DNA from: Emiliania huxleyi CCMP1516
Lineage: Eukaryota
Direction: 5' to 3'
DNA: 49,425 nt
Assembly (NCBI RefSeq): GCF_000372725.1
Contig: NW_005201192.1
Coordinates: 806,810-856,234, forward strand
This document shows, piece by piece, positions 1 through 17,151 of this stretch (position 1 is its first letter; the number at the start of each line of letters is the position of its first letter). Below the pieces are notes generated by a model, which saw only the letters and a list, made by a program, of their open reading frames with translations, was not told where the DNA came from and searched no databases. The position numbers were made by a program, and so were the translations under genes.

Positions 1-168
1 TCCTCCTCCTACTCATACCTCCTTCTCCCGACCCCCCTCCCCCCCCCCTGTCCACAACCCGCTCTCCGAACGCTCCCCTCTCCCCACACACCCTCTCCTC
101 AACCTCCCCCCTCTCCTCGCACCTCTCCTCTCCCCACGCCTCCCTCTCCACTCCTCCTCTTCCCGCAG

Positions 169-884
169 GCGGCCCGCCCGCTGCCCGCCCAATCTGCAGT
201 CAAATCTTCAGTCACTCAGTTGGCTCATGCTCCATCACTCAGGCCGTCCGCCCGCTTCTCGCCCGGCTTGGCGCGGTCGGCTCGGAGCTGCTTTCCGGCG
301 GCGGCGCGGCTGGCGGCGGCGTCATCGCCGGTCACTCTCGGCTGCTGCGAGAGCTGCTGTGGGCTTTCAGCACGGGCCAGGATGCGGCACGCTTGTCCGT
401 GCCCCTCGCCCTCGGCGGTGGGAGCGGCGGCGTGGTCGCTGGCCTCCGGTGGGACGGCGGCGCGGCCGACGGCGCGTGCGCCTCCCTCGCATCGGAGCAC
501 ACCAAGTTGAGCAACTGCGGCGCGGCCCCCCTCGACCTCCGCGGGCGAGGCGTGGACCGCGTCTGTTCACGCCTGCAGCTGTGAGCAGGCGTCGTCTCCT
601 TCGACCTCGTGCTTGAGCGGCCCGTCGGCGCGAAGGCCACCCTCACCCTACGCGGCTGCTCGGTCGACGGAGTGGTCACGTCGAGGTCCTTGCCGGCGGG
701 GCAAGACACGCCGGGCAGCGACGCGCCGGGCGGCGACGCGCTTGGCCACCAACCACCCCGCGTGTGGCCTTGGCGAGGCGAGACAGCCGCCGCCGTCTCC
801 GCCGTGCCGCTTCTGCTCTGCGGACTCGTCGCCCTCTGCGGAGTCGTTGCTGCGCGGCGGCGGCAGAGGCGGAAGGCCGCTTGA
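169..884 (+). CDS. 3' exons of a single-pass membrane protein of unknown function (5' end outside the window)
   Basis: A pyrimidine tract ending in CAG at about 168 looks like an acceptor. ORF 393-584 joins ORF 609-884 in frame across a 39-nt GC-AG intron (550-588). The C-terminus has a hydrophobic helix (VSAVPLLLCGLVALCGVVAA) followed by a basic stop-transfer (RRRQRRK). Confidence 0.45.
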
Positions 885-1079
885 GACGGGCCAAGTGTAT
901 TTTTTTGCGTTGAAACGACCGTCTCTGGCGGTTTCACCTTGACCCTCAGAAAAGCTCGCATGCACAAACGTACGGCTTTACACGTTTACGCATACCCCTT
1001 TTAGATTTAGTGTGAAAGGAGTTTTGTCCACTGAGCGAAGTGGCGGTGGCCGGTGGACATGCTCCCATGGTCGACTCCC

Positions 1080-2526
1080 ATGGGTGTCGAGGCGGCGCCG
1101 GAGTGGCTGGCGCTGCTCGCCGCGACCACGACGGCTACTCTGATGCTCTCGGGGAGGGTCGGGTGTGAATTAGGCGATTAACAGGCCGTTGCGTGCGTCC
1201 CCTCCGTCACCCCGGGGGAGGTTTTGGCCTTTGCTGCGCGACGAGTGGAAGATGACGCGCGGAGGTCGCACATTGTATCTCGTATGTGCTTGGGCGATGA
1301 CGTCCGTTGTCGAATCCAAGCACTGCACGCGGGCAGATGTGCTGGGAGCTGGGTGGACCTGGAGCTTTGACCTCGCTGGGTGCTCCACGCTGGAGATCAG
1401 AGACGGACATGAGCCGCTCGGAGCACAAGCTCGACACCGCCGCCTACCGCTCCGGTGTCATCCGCGCGCTCGTAGGGGTGGACGCGGGGAAGGCGCTGGC
1501 GCGTCGGGTGTCGCGGTGCGAGGCGGCGGCGGCGGCGAAGAAGAAGAAGAAAAATAAGAAGGAGGAGGAGGAGAAGGAGAAGAGCAGCGAGTCGGCCGGG
1601 GGCGGCGGCGATTTGCTGCGGCGTGTCGAGCGGCTGGAGGCCAGCCTCAGTGCGGCGACCGAGTCAAGGCCGGCAGAGGTCACCTCACGCGATCTGGAGT
1701 GCTACTCCGAGCGCTACGCTGACCTCAAGTCCATGCAGGGCGATCTCGCGCGGCTGAGGAAGCACTGGAAGCAAAAAGGACAGTCTGAGGGACGAACGAT
1801 GGGCTGCTCCATGACCGTGGAGCAGGCCACCGCCCCGCCGCCGCCGCCTCCTCCCCGCCGCTCCCTCGAGGAGCGGGTCGGCGCCATCGAGCGCTTGATC
1901 GGGCTAGAGGCGGAAGAGGCGGCGGAGCAGCACGCCGCCGGCCAGCCTAATCGCACGTACGTGCTCGTGCTTGGCGACCAGGACGAGGCGGCAACGCGCG
2001 TGATCGAGCTGCAGCTCGGCTCGGGGGTGCGCGTCCACTCGAAGGTGACGCTGCTCGGCAGTTCGTCCTGCGCGGGATGCTCTCGAGCGAGCTGCTGGCG
2101 ACGATGGACGACGCCGTCGGCATGATCGACTTCGAGATCGGCTCCAGGGCAGACCGCTTCATCGGCGCGCCCTTCTCGTCGTTCTCGGTCATGATCGCGC
2201 TCAAGCGCGCGCGGCGTCAGCTCCCCGAGCCGCCGGGGAGCCGCTATGACGTGACGCTCGCGCCCGACGAGCACAGCCCAGGCACGCTCATGGCGGCGGG
2301 CGCCGACACGGCCGACAAGCTCGCGGCCAACTTCGCCGTCGCCTTCCCGTTTGCCGCCGCGATCCCCGAAGACCCGTGCAAGGAGCTCGTGGCGTTGCAC
2401 CCGTCGTTCGCCAAGGCGGGGCTCGCGAGCTGCCCGGTGCGGACCTTGAGAACCTGTCATCCGGGCCCGAGACGAGTCGGTGCCCAGCAAAGGGGGCCGC
2501 TGTACGATGATCGCGGGTACTTTTGA
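1080..2526 (+). CDS. Putative glycosyltransferase, O-fucosyltransferase-like C-terminus; exon structure uncertain
   Basis: N-terminal hydrophobic segment (WLALLAATTTATLML). Internal CYSERYADL...LRKHWKQKGQSEGR motif. The C-terminal IDFEIGSRADRFIGAPFSSFSVMI resembles the D-x-x-x-C/S-x-x-A/S-D-x-F-I-G-x-x-x-S-T/S-F-S motif of GDP-fucose O-fucosyltransferases. Frame changes imply introns or frameshifts. Confidence 0.45.
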
Positions 2527-2894
2527 AGTTGGTGTCTCAGTGTGATGTGTGTGTATGTGTGTGTCCTGTGCGTGTTCACATTGGAGCCACAGGGGTGTCG
2601 TGCTGGTGTCGTGGGCGCGGGACTTACCCTTTTTCGCCCGAGGCGCGAGGGGCCTTCTCCGCTTTTCCCTAAACTTTTTGCCGCTTCCGAGCTTCACCCC
2701 CCGCGCGCCCTGCCCCTGGCGCCTGGGCGCCTCTCTCGGCGACCCCCCTCTCGCGAACCCTGTATTGTACTTTTTTTAACAGTAGCAGTACAGTGTCCCT
2801 TGCGCCTCTTTTGGCGAGCACGAAGGTCGAACGGTCGCACGAGGGCACGTCCGATCGGCGATAAAACACAGTATACGCAGCCAATACGCCTATA

Positions 2895-3813
2895 CACTGG
2901 TTGGGTAGTAGTCTAAGTTCTGAGCCTCGAGGCTGGACGGGTCTAAGTGTGGCTAGCCACGCTGGAGTGCTTGCGCGGTCTAAGATCAGCGGGAGCCTCT
3001 TACATCGGCTAAGTCGGCCGTGGCACGGCCTGGGGCCAGGAGGCTCCCACCGTGATCAACGATACGGCGCAGCCCCCAAATTTTCTTCGCCTGCGGAGGG
3101 CGATGGATCCTCTTCATGCTTAGCAATCGCCGCCTCAGCATCCTCCTCTTCCGATTTTCGTTGCTGCTCCTTCATTCTTGAGCGACGTCTAGCCAAACAG
3201 TTCTCACATGACACGAAGCTCCTCAAGCTTAATCAAACGCGTGACGGTGAAGCCTGTGTGTGCTGGTCCTCTTTGAACGATCCGCGCGTGAGGTAGCATA
3301 GGGCCTTGTTGGCAGCAGCCAGCTTGTTGCGCTGCTTCGTTGCGATGAGCTGATTGGGATCGCAGAAGTGCATGCCAAGCACCGCCACGATCTTGAAGCA
3401 GAACACATCGCAACCGCATCGTCCGCACTGCCATCGGCATGCCGCGCCCGCCGCTTCGCCGCAGCCGCCTTAAGGCACGCATAGCGGCAGCACATGGTGG
3501 GGGGGGTACTTGAGCAGGCGTTGCGCGCCGCAAGTAGCGCACTGGCCCTGGGAGAAGGCGATATGGCGTCGTGCGCGGCATACGCGGCATACGTTGGTGG
3601 GACGCGTCCAGGTATTTCTTTCGGGTAAACCTGGAGGCTTTTCAGGTATACCCGGGTTTTGCCCGGAGTTGGCCTTATGTCGTCTAAGTTCATGGCCCCC
3701 GACCATACAGCGTCTAAGTCCGAGCCCGGCTCCGTGTGGGGGCTAAGTTGAGCGCTCGCTCGCTGCAGAGGCTAAGTGTAGAGCGACCCTCTAGCCCTAC
3801 TACCCAACCATTG
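2895..3813. mobile_element. Non-autonomous DNA transposon (MITE), about 0.92 kb
   Basis: 17-bp TIR CACTGGTTGGGTAGTAG (2895-2911) / CTACTACCCAACCATTG (3797-3813) with one mismatch. Flanking direct repeat CCTATA (2889-2894, 3814-3819), or GCCTATAC (8 bp) if the ends are shifted by one base. No transposase ORF. Confidence 0.85.
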
Positions 3814-3979
3814 CCTATACGGCCGCCAGACGGCCGCGCCAACGCAACTGAGTAAACAACAAACCCAAGGATGTCAGAGGTCAGAGGTGGGTGATTCTGA
3901 TTGGGACATCGGACATGCTACCGAATGTCGGGTCGAACGTCTAGGTCGACCAATCTGATCTGCTCCCCTCCACACAACC

Positions 3980-8831
<4,852 letters not shown>

Positions 8832-8938
8832 ATACACCAGCGGCACAGTGGCTCGTGGATGGTGGTGCGCTTGCTCCAGCTGGGTTCCGGCTCCTACCCA
8901 GATAGGGGATCTGTCGTCCACGACTCGCACCAAAACGC

Positions 8939-9230
8939 CCTACCTACCTACCTATTGCGGGCGCCAATCGCCAGGCTCCGTGCCCCACCTACCTACCTAT
9001 TCCCAGGCCGCGCAGCGAAGCGAAAAAATACCCGTTAGCCCTCTGTGAATACCCGTTAGTCTCGGCTGGCGTCCCAGCCGCAGGCGACTCGCCTGGCATG
9101 GCCCCGTTCCGGCTAACGCGCGGCCCGTCTCCCGCGCAAAAGAAAGGGTTTTTTTTTTTCCCCCCCCCCCCCCCCCCAACCCACCAACCACAGCCACCAC
9201 CACCACCTACCTACCTATTGCGGGGCCCTC
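8939..9230 (+). repeat. Dispersed repeat family with CCTACCTACCTATTGCGGG motifs (also at 19029-19090)
   Basis: Motif at about 8940, 8988 and 9205, and at 19029 and 19074. The context CCACCACCTACCTACCTATTGCGGGGCCCTCT is shared between about 9200 and about 19026. Confidence 0.7.
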
Positions 9231-9239
9231 TTAACAACC

Positions 9240-10460
9240 TCATAACAGCTGTTATGTGTCCCCGGATTTTTTTCTTCTGGAGCCCCGCCGCGCGTATCCC
9301 GGACCCGGTGTTTCCTGAGCCCTGGTCTGACAGCCTGACAGCAAGCCCCGGACAGCGCCTGACAGCGCCCGACAGCCTGACAGCCAGGGCTCAGGGTGTT
9401 TCTTCGCTTGTAAAAGATTTCTTTTGCGTTTTGGAGCGCCCGCCCCGCGCCGCGTAGCTACTACCCCATCCAACTTCACGCAAGTTTAACTACTAATCTT
9501 GTGCGAGTGCAAGGCTTGCTCGCAGAAGATTAGTGCTTAAAAACGCGAAAAGTAAATTGCGTGAAACTGGGAGGGGGGGGGGGGGCTAGGGGGGGGGTCT
9601 TGATTGAGCCATCTTATTTGACTTGAGGGCAAAAGAGAAAATAGTCGGCGATCGATGCCGAACCTCGCGAGCAGTTCGGTGTGGCCTCTCGGGCCATAAC
9701 ACCGTGGACCCGGGACAGCTCTCTCTCATAGCTGGTTATGTGGCTGTTATGGGGCGGCGGCCCCATAACAGCCATAACACCCATTAACATGTTATGGGCT
9801 GCTATGCCCAGAGAGTCATAACACCATAACAATAGGAATTCGGTCCCGCAGCTCGCGCGGATCTCCCTCTCAAACGGAGTGGAATATTCTAAAATATGGA
9901 TTCATATGTTGGGATGTTAGAGGTGAGTTAAGAGGGAGATGAGCGCGAGCTGCGGGACCGCCGGGACGGCGGGCGGGTAATTGCGACGCGCCGCCACTTT
10001 TGGCGACTTTTGGGACGCGCGATCGATCGGCCGAGAATCGACATGAATTCCTAATATGTGTCCGGGGTGCAGCAGCCCCAGATAAGCCTCTCTCAGGATC
10101 ACAGACACCCCTCTCAGGATCACAGCACCGGCGGGGGCGCGCCTCAGGATCAAGCACCCACGGCAGGGTCTGTGGGGTGTGGGGATCAGCAGACCTGGAG
10201 GGAGGGGGCACACGCTGAGGATCATAGGCCTGAGAGGGATGCTTTCAAGATCACACGCGGCTGCGAAGGGTGGCACTCGAGATCAGAGCGCCGAAATAGG
10301 CGCGCGGGAGACCAGCGGGCCGGAAGTGGGCGCAATACACATCACGGGCGCCGAAATTGGTGCAATTTACATCATGAAACCGTCGCGCCCAATCACGTGC
10401 GCTGGACCGGTCGCTCATGCGCGTCCTGTCGCTCATGCGCGTCCTGTCGCTCATGCGCTT
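9240..10460. repeat. Patchwork of short-motif arrays (CTGACAGC, CATAAC/GTTATG, CAGGATCA, GTCGCTCATGCGC), probably decayed MITE interiors
   Basis: CTGACAGC about 5x at 9327-9383. CATAAC/GTTATG inverted motifs at 9695-9830. (C)AGGATCA at 10094-10285. Three tandem copies at 10409-10458. Confidence 0.55.
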
Positions 10461-10697
10461 GTCGCTGGGAGGTGGCGCCGGGCTGGCCATCGGCGCCGCT
10501 CGCGCGCTCGGCGCCGCCGAGGATGGATGGCAGTCGTGACGGCGGCCGCAGTATTCGGCGTAGACCGCGCGCGCAGCCAGCGCGCTCCGTGTTTGCCTTG
10601 AAGAGCGCAGCGACGAGTCCGTAAGGAGCGGCCCCAGCTTGCTGGGTGCGGCGCCGCCGCGCGCCGTATCGCGCGTATTTTTTTCTCACACAGCCAG

Positions 10698-11479
10698 ATG
10701 TCCTTCGCGCGGCGTTTGCTATTGATCGCTCTCGCGCAGGTGTTCGCTCCTGTCATCGGCTTTGGCTTCACCGTCGAGGCCGGCGGGAAGACCTGCTTCG
10801 ACGAGACGGTGAAGTCGAGCGAGCGAGTGAGCGGCGACTGGCGGGTGATCTCTGGAGGCGTTCTCGACCTCGACGTGGAGGTGCCGGCCTCCGCCGTATC
10901 CATATCCACACGCCCCCTGCCCCACGACCCCCGTGACGTGTCGTGATCCCGCAACCGCCGTCACTGCCCCCGCCCATCACTTGCCAGGTCACGAGCCCAT
11001 CGGGTGAACATGTTTACTCAGCGGAGCGCGAGGCGGCCGGCTCGTTTGCCTTCTTCGCGACCGACTCGGGAACCTACGTCGTGTGCTTCTCAAACGCGCG
11101 GGCGACGCAGGCGGCGCGTGAGGTCTCAGCCAAGATCACTGTGGGCGAGCAGGGCGACGGGGTGGAGCTAGCCAAGGCGGAGCAGCTTGCACCGCTGGAG
11201 GACCGCGTCAAGAGGTTGCACACGTCGATGATTAGCGTGAGGGACCTGCAGGACCAGCAGCGTGAGCAGGACGAGGAGCGGTATCGCGTCACCTCGCAGA
11301 CCCGCCGCTGGCTGCTCTGGTTCACCGTGCTCGAGGCGGTCGTGCCGCGAGTTGACGCCGGCAAGAGCATTCCATCTCACCGGTCACCGCCCCCCGTCCA
11401 GGCGTTTGTGCTCGTCGCGGTCTCGCTCTGGCAAATCCTCTACCTCAAAAGCTTCTTCGAGGTCAAGCGGGTCGTCTAG
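10698..11479 (+). CDS. p24/emp24/gp25L GOLD-domain cargo receptor (TMED2/p24-beta-like)
   Basis: Signal peptide, GOLD domain (TCFDETV...YVVCFSN), coiled coil, TM helix and tail YLKSFFEVKRVV. Exons 10698-10880, 10988-11335 and 11402-11479 (GT-AG intron, then a probable GC-AG intron). Confidence 0.92.
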
Positions 11480-13530
11480 CCCGCCGCGCAGGTCTCGACG
11501 GATTTCCGATCAGGGGCCGGGGGGGCGCGCGGATATGCGACGTCAAGTGGGGACCGTTGATTTATTTTTTGTGCTTTTTCTTGTGGATCGTCTTGGGCTT
11601 TTGCGCGGGGAGAGGATTCTCACGGGGCGTCCTCTGCGTTTGCGCTCGTCGCCACGCAGCCCTGCGTGACGCGCGCACAGCTCACGCACACGACCTGTCG
11701 GTACACGCGGGGTGATGCTCCAATAAACCCGCCGGATCTTCGACAAAAGCGGGACATTTCTTTTTTTGGAAGGGTAGGTGTGAATACAGCTTTCTGGTAG
11801 GGTTACATCGACGAACTATGCGGCAATCGACTGGGGGGCAGCCCCCCGGCACATCCCGCGCAGAGACCTGGATGTAACCCGATTGTGAGCGTGAGTGAAA
11901 CCGCCGATGCGATTGCTCATTGCTCAGTCAGTGACCGACAGTCAGTCGCAGCAGACTTTGACGATTGGCGGCCTCGCGCCCTCAGTCGCCCTCCTCTACT
12001 AACGGCCCTGCCCCAGCCCAGATGCCTCATCCAGGGTGGTGCAACCACTCGCGCAGGGAGGGAGAGACAGTCGGCGATCTGCGCCGCGCAGATGAGCTCC
12101 GCCTCGTCTGCGTCGAGGACGTCCACCGCAGGGCTATCATAGCGCCATATGACGTACTGCATGTTGTTCATTACTTCGCAGGTGCCAAAGTCGAGGACAA
12201 TCTCACTCAGTGATGGCGACGGCTGCACTCCCGGCTGGCGGTAGGAGAGATGAAGGCTAATGTACTTGGCAGTGTACGGGGCCTTCCGGCGTGAACAGTG
12301 CCCCGGGACGAAAGAGGAGGCGACGTCTCTCTCGTCCACGAGCGCCTCGATGTGCGCATCGACGGTGTAACCAGCTTTGAGAGACGGGAACGAACGGCGG
12401 TGAATCGCCGACAGGTGCGCCTTCGTTCCTACCACCACTCCCACCACCGCCAGCTCCGCCGTGGACCTTGCCGGGCCCTCTGATGATGTAGTGAGCAGTT
12501 CGTCCGAGCCGTTGTTGTACTCTGCTGTGGCGCCAGCTCGGTGTACAATACGGACGAAGACGGCCACAGCAACGGTGTAACCAGCGCGAGCAGGCAGCGC
12601 GAACCGCTGTGCCTCGGCGCGCCGGCCGCCGAAATCCTCTCAGAGTTCTTTGGCATTAAAGTTTTGTTTAAATTCTTTGGCATTAAATTCTTTGGCATAG
12701 GGGAACCCCAACCCTAAATTTTCTTCGCCTGCGGCGGGCCATCACTTGGATTCGCTGCTTTCGGATTCATAGCTCTTTCGCACGCCTTTATCCGTCACTC
12801 CCCCGAAGATTGGAGGTGTTGATTTATGCACAAATCTATGTGTTGCGAGCGCTAGATGGCGAAATTTTCTTCGCCTCCGGCGGGGCCGCTCGCCGCGGGG
12901 CTAGAGGGACTTTTGTCGATGTCGGCTAGAAGTGCTGCACCTTTTTGAGAATTTCACCCCGCGGTACACGGTGTCGTCCGGCACCGCGGGGGCACCGGCG
13001 ACCGGGGGCGGGGCGGCGCGGCCCGCGCGGGGCCGCGCGCTCGCCCGCGGGGGAGTCGGGGGGCGCGCGGCGCGCGCGGGCCGCGGCGCGAAATCCGAAA
13101 AAATCCGAGTGGCGGTTCTCGAGAATCAATGTGCTTGCTTGCGGGGCGGACAGCCCAGGAGCGTGCTCCTGCGTGTGCGTCCTGGGACCTCTCTCTTCCG
13201 ACTTCCCACGATCCCAGTCCGGGGGTGCGTCGAACCTTCCATCACCCTGGGAACGTCCGGGTGTTGGAAGTAAAGATATATTACTTTTTTTCTTGTCTAA
13301 ACAAGCTCGGACAGCACAGGGAGAGAAGAGTATCTCAGCGACAACCGATGTTGAGCAGACGCACGGCAATGCGAGGCGGAGAGGCGGGCGAACAAGTGCG
13401 CCTCCGCCGGCGGTGCACGGGCGCCCACCGTCGCACCACACACACTCCGCACACGAGGTGGGCATCCTCCAGTGTGGAGGCACGCCCGCCTCCGCCCACC
13501 GCGCCGCCGCGCCGCCGCGCCCGGGATCGT

Positions 13531-14633
13531 CTAGTTGCGGTAGCCGCGCGACGCGCGCCGGCCGCGCGCCTTTTCGAACTTGCGGCCCTTGGAGCGCACG
13601 TAGGGCTTGACGGATGAGTGCGGCACGCCGGGCGCGCCGAAGTGCTTCGCGGACTCGCGCCGCGATTTGCAGCCGCGGAGCAGGACCGTCCTGTTTGGGG
13701 GGGAGGGAAAGAAGGGGTGGGGGGAGGGGGCGGCAGCTCCAAGTGCGCGGCCGGTGCCGAGGGCGGCGGCGGGCAGCGGCGGCGGCGGGAAGGGGGCGGG
13801 GGGCGCGTCGCACCCCTCGCCGAGCGGAGACTTGAGCGCCAGCTGGTCCAACGTGAGGCACTCACCGCCAGCTTTGACAATGCGCGCGCGCGCGGTCGCC
13901 GTGAAGCGCAGCGCGCACACCGTCAGCTTTGGCACGTCGAGGAAGCGGACGTCGTCCGTCACAGAGCCAACCACAACCGCAATCTTGCCCTGCCGCGGGG
14001 AACGGGGGGGGAGGGGGGGCGTGGGGCTGTGGAGACAGCGACCAACCCCTTTGCGATTGACCGTCGTCTGAGACTGCCGCACCCCCCCTCCCCAGACGCG
14101 ATCGACGGGGCGCAGCACGATGCGAGCCATCCGCACGATGCGAGCCGTCCGCACGATGCGAGCCCGTCCGCAGCCCTCCGCCGCCCGCCCAGACGCCCCG
14201 GCAGCACGCCGGCCGGGGCGTGAGCCCCCCTTCCCTCCCCCCCCCCCCCCTTGCACCAGCTGGGAAGCGGGCTGGAGCGCGCCTCATTCCCCTCGCGCGC
14301 CATAAACTTGGCGATAGACTTGATCGACATGGGCGGCCGGTTCGTCTTGGACGTGAAGAGCCGCTTCAGCACGACCTGCCCGGTGCAACAGCGCGCGGCT
14401 CACAGCACCACCGACGCTCGCAAAAACCACACGGTGCGAAGGCTGCCGCGGCGGCCGCGCGGCTGGGTGGGGCGGGGACGGGAGCCCACCTTGTTGAATT
14501 TGGCGTCCGTCCGCCTCGCGAGGAAGCGGTACAGCTTCACGATCAGCCGGAGGTACAGATTCTCGGAGACGGGAGCGGTGCGGCCCGACTTCTTGGTGGC
14601 CTTGCGGCCGCCAGCCTTGATGTCGATACCCAT
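13531..14633 (-). CDS. RPL18: 60S ribosomal protein eL18
   Basis: Exons 14633-14490, 14375-14283, 13989-13814 and 13690-13531 give 190 aa: [11 protein letters not shown]...[16 protein letters not shown]...[14 protein letters not shown]...[23 protein letters not shown]. Intron 2 has a GC donor. Confidence 0.97.
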
Positions 14634-14990
14634 GGGACCGACCCTGCGCGCGCGGGCGAGGCAGCAAGTCGGTGGCCTGTCCCTCGACAAGGGGAGCTGG
14701 GAGGGGCGAGGAGGAAGGGGCGGAGACCTAGTGGCACGCGGCCGACGCGTGTTTCTTTTTCTCTACTTTCCGACAGAGAAAAGCGCAAAGGCGGCACGGC
14801 AATTCGCAAGCCACGCAAGAGCGAGAGAGAGAAGATGGGATTTCATGTTGCTTTTCAAAATCTCTCTTTCTCTTCTCATCCCGCCACGCCAGAGCGCAGA
14901 GGTCTCTCTCTCATCTCTCTCTCTCGGTCTCGCGCGCGCGCGCGCGGTTCTCTCTGCTCGAACGTGCTCGAGGGAAACACGCGCATATTA

Positions 14991-15076
14991 TACTCGACAC
15001 AGAGTGCGCGGATGACTTAAATTTTTAAGCAAGTGTATAAGTACCCCACCGGACACAGTGCCGAATCCAACGCCGT
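14991..15076 (-). repeat. Repeat A, copy 1 (retroposon-like 3' end; copy 2 at 17761-17837)
   Basis: Shared AAGTACCCCACCGGACACAGTGCCGAATCCAACGCCGT, with an ACTT-rich tail on the minus strand. Confidence 0.8.
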
Positions 15077-15204
15077 CCCTCGGCCGTCAACGAGTCGAAC
15101 GCGGAGCTGATGACGCTGCTCTGCGCCTCTCGGACATTCTGCTGGCGCACTCGCCCGAGCAGCAGCGGCAGCTCGCCCCCTTGGGTGGGCTCGTGTGGTC
15201 CAAG

Positions 15205-15529
15205 CCGAGACGGTGACGGGAGGCGTCGTACGGTGATCTCAGGCCCAGTGAGGTAGTGCATCTGACTACCCCGGATCCTGCTGAACAAGCTCCTCTTGTA
15301 GCTCGATCGGTCACACCGCCATCGCCGCCGACGTCTCCCAGGGAGATGATGGAGAGGGGGGACGACACTGCTCGATCTACCCTCTGGGGTCCCTCAGCAG
15401 CGTGCACCTCGATCCTGTACCGTGTTTGTTATGACCCCCCCCCGATGAACACACCAGTGAGGGAGGGCGAGACGATCGAGGGGTCCCGTACCATGCGGAA
15501 CTGACCCTATCCAGTGCTCAAGTGCTCAA
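15205..15529 (+). repeat. Repeat B, copy 1 (about 300 bp; copy 2 at 18542-18825; inverted partial copy at 33854-33887)
   Basis: Near-identical blocks ending GGGGTCCCGTACCATGCGGAA...CCCTATCC followed by a tandem AGTGCTCA tail. Confidence 0.85.
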
Positions 15530-17151
15530 GTGGTCCAAGCGACAGCCCACAACGCGGTTCTTGGAGGCGCTGCAGCAGCGGGCGCTGCACCGGACGCGAC
15601 AGCGGGTCCCCGCGATTGGCAGCGACCGGGCGTGCAGGAGGTTGTTTTCTGCTTACTGACATGAAGTGTGGTCACGTACACGTTAAAAAAGTAGACAAAG
15701 TGCGCTCGACCAGCGATCAGCTCCCTCTGGGCCTGCCCTTGCGGGGATGCCACCACCATCGCGCCCCCAGGGGATATCAAGAGGCCACTCAACGAAGTCG
15801 AAGAAGCGGCATCGCAGTGATCACCTGCTCAAGAAGAGCCCAAATCACTGTGAGAGTCGTGATTTCTTGTTGGTTAATAAAAATCTCTCTCTCTCCTGCT
15901 CAAGCTAGATCTTCCGCATCGGTGAATTGCCAAGCGGGGTTGTCTGCGTTTCCTTCAATTCTCCAAAAAGAAAAAGAATTGAACAAGACAACTCTCTCTC
16001 ACAGACTCTCTCTCACAGAGTTGACCATACCCCCTACCCCTTTGGGCGCGGAATTTACCATACCATACCCCGGAAAACTTTTCACTCAAGACATAGTACT
16101 TTTTTAAGGTGCTCGTCGATGAACGAAACAAAGCGGGTAGTCGGGTTCTTCTTTGCACAATGTTGTCGATCTCGTGTTTGACTCCCGTGGTGCACATCCC
16201 TGAAAATGCGCGCCCTTGGGCGCCGCCGCAGCACGACCGGATGTTGCCGTCGGCGTCCTCGTCAGGCGGCTCCAGGCTGAGCGGGGACCGCTCCAGGACG
16301 AGCTCGAGCGCCTGTGGCTCGCGAAATCAGTAACCAGCCTCCGGCGGGGCCCCCCGCTACCATCCAAACCCGAGTACCGGTCATAGATAGAGGCTGAAGT
16401 GTGACATAAGTCCACACACATACGATACACATACACAAAGCAACTCTCACGACACACGGGCACCGGGTGGAGCGGCGGCGGCGGCGGCAGCGGCACGCGC
16501 GGGCGGACGGATTCGGACGGGGCGGAGCAGCGACCGCCTGGGCGGCCGCTGCTCTGTCTGCCAGAGCGCGCCGTCTGCGCAGCTCCGAGCGCCGTCAGGT
16601 GCAGGGAAGCGTGGCGGCGCGGGGACGCGCGGCGGCGGTGGCGAGCAGGCGAGCGGCCCGCGCGCGGCGAGGCGGACAGGTGATCGGCAGGCGGGTGATG
16701 GGCCGGAGAGTGACCGCGCCCAGCGATCGGAGGCGAGCCGATCGTCGCTCGGCCGCAGCTGACCTCGAAGGCGTGCAGAGCGCGACTGTCGGTGTCGGAG
16801 GGCGGCCGTCATGTGGCGAGGAGGGAGGACGACAAGTGCGCGACGTACGGGTCGCTCTTCATCGGCCAGTCGAGCGGCACTCAAGTCGAGACCGAGCATG
16901 GGCGACGAAAAGCCGGTGGGGCCGGTGGGAGGTAGGACGAGATTCGTTTCGCGCTTTCAAAAGCGGCTTCGCGCGCAGCGCAACTTTGGGTTTGCCACGA
17001 AAAGCGTCCCCAGTGGAAATGGGGGCTACTGGGGCGGCCAATTCACACCTCGCGGGACTACTTATGTTTTCGTAAACGTAGTTGTGGCCCCCCGCTACGT
17101 CGCACGAGTGCAACCGGGTAGCGGGGGGCTAAAAGTTCCGTTTCACATGTA

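Noticed and set aside
2911..3780. Regularly spaced CTAAGT repeats as a CRISPR-like array
   Set aside because: The repeats are only 6-8 bp, lie inside a TIR/TSD-bounded element in a eukaryote, and no cas genes are present.
11917..12567. 216-aa minus-strand ORF
   Set aside because: No recognisable motif, a non-ATG start and a repeat-rich context, so it is not supportable as a gene.
14020..14110. Possible H/ACA snoRNA in RPL18 intron 2 (minus-strand hairpin followed by ACA)
   Set aside because: No H box or second hairpin was seen, and the region upstream is an 18-bp tandem repeat.
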